From positions 195,796,001 to 195,860,000 of the forward strand of contig OZ360221.1 in assembly GCA_977017645.1 (NCBI GenBank): a stretch of 64,000 nt of DNA, written 5' to 3'. This DNA comes from Torpedo marmorata. Taxonomy: Eukaryota. The position numbers and the translations under genes are program-made. Below are positions 62,611-64,000 of this stretch, one piece after another. The stretch's first letter is position 1, and each line of letters opens with the position of its first letter. The notes below the pieces were generated by a model. It saw nothing but the letters and a program-made list of their open reading frames with translations. It was not told the DNA's origin and searched no databases.

Positions 62611-63398
62611 TATGTAAACTAAGCATGACTAAGATTATTAATATCAGATATAGATTAGTGCAATATAATTTTTTCCATCAATTATATTTAACACCTAAAA
62701 AATTAAAGAAATTTAATCCGACATTATCAGGTTTATGTTTTAGATGTAATAGAGAAGAAGGTTCTTTTGTACATTCTACATGGTTCTGTCCAAAGATATA
62801 TGATTTTTGGTTGAAAGTTAAAAAGTTTTTAGACAAAGTATTAAGAATTACACTCCCAATGGATCCTATGATATTTTTATTTGGAAATATTAAAAGAATT
62901 AGTACTAAGATGAAATTAAATATGTATCAAATAGAATTTTTGCGAATTGCTTTAGCTGTTTCTAAGAAATGTATTGCTATTACATGGAAATCTGATGTAG
63001 ACTTAGGGTTAGAAAGGTGGCATGCAGAGCTTCGTTCATGTATACCACTTGAAAAAATTACTTACAATTTACGTAATAAATATCATTTCTTTTTGAATAC
63101 ATGGAGCCCATATATAAAAACGGTTGGTTTAAGGATTTGATGATCTCTGGATATCAGATCTGACTGGTGACCCTATTTTCCACAATAAAATTAGTTTATA
63201 GTTGTTCTTTTTTTCAGATTGACATTCTCCTTATATCTTTTTCTTTTCTATTTTATAGATTAGTAGGGGTGGGAGGGTTAGGGTGGGGAGGGAGGTTGGG
63301 GGGGGAGAAAATATATCACATGTATTTTGATAATTTTGCATTTTATACAGTGTATTGTGTGATTTAAAATTTTAAATAAAATATTTTTTAAAAAAAAA
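62611..63398 (+). mobile_element. L1 3' fragment inserted in the SINE tail
   Basis: ORF 62625-63140 nearly identical to 19073-19588. Poly(A) tail, with ttaaatttaa on both sides. Confidence 0.93.
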
Positions 63399-63499
63399 TT
63401 AAATTTAAATTTAAGTGAACCTCAGCTTGCTCATCTACTATACTGATGTTTTGATCCAAATAATTCTGAAATTTGAAAACTGCATGATGGAGAAGAACT

Positions 63500-64000
63500 A
63501 GTGAGACCTCACTTGGAGTATTGTGAGCAATTTTAGGCTCCTCATTTAAGAAAAGATGTGCTGACATTGGAAAGTGTTCAGAGGAGGTTCACAAGGATGA
63601 TTCCGAGAATGAAAGGGTTATCATATGAGGAACATTTAACAGCTCTTGGCCTGTATTTTTTGGAATTTAGGAGAATAAGGGGGGATCTCACTGAAACATT
63701 TCAAATGTTGAAAGGCGTGGATAGAGTAGATGTAGAAAGGTTGTTTCCCATGGTGGGAGAGTTTAGGACAAGAGGGCACAAGTTCAGGAATGAAGGGCAT
63801 CCGTTTAGAACAGAGATGCGTCGGAATTTCTTCAGCCAGAGGTGGTAAATCTGTGGAATTTGTTGCCACAGGCGGTTGTGAAGGGCAGGTCATTGGGGTT
63901 GATTGATAGATTGTTGATTAGCCAGGGCATCAAAGGTTATGGGGAGAAGGCCGGGCAGTGGGGCTGAGTGGGGAAATGGATCAGCTCATGATTAAATGGC
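63500..64000 (+). mobile_element. CR1 3' fragment
   Basis: LESVQRRFTRMIP...RGDLTETF...TRGH. Confidence 0.9.

Overview
This is eukaryotic, repeat-dominated vertebrate DNA. The repeat content (HE1/V-SINE-like tRNA SINEs with CR1 tails, Rex1/Babar, CR1, fish-type L1, and Penelope-like elements with minimal hammerhead motifs) points to a cartilaginous fish, by inference. Most of the window is layered, nested transposable elements. These include a Penelope-like RT/GIY-YIG element with an inverted pseudo-LTR and a 13-bp TSD, and a two-LTR Gypsy provirus interrupted by a Rex1 LINE that is itself interrupted by an L1. There is also a near full-length CR1, plus Tigger, Tc2 and hAT DNA elements, a 5S-rRNA-derived SINE, a GC-rich non-autonomous family, and two minisatellites. 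Six phase-compatible GT-AG exons on the minus strand (52089 to 13560) sit in the unique islands and splice to a ~223-aa protein I do not recognise. The most notable observations are: (i) the Gypsy has no tRNA primer-binding site and instead carries a 14-15 nt complement of its own LTR poly(A)-signal region, suggesting self-priming and/or poly(A) occlusion; (ii) the 5S SINE and the YY1-headed family share one Rex1-like 3' module; (iii) the orphan gene's candidate promoter lies between hAT-like ends; (iv) there are short templated and fold-back insertions. All calls were made by eye; no searches were run.
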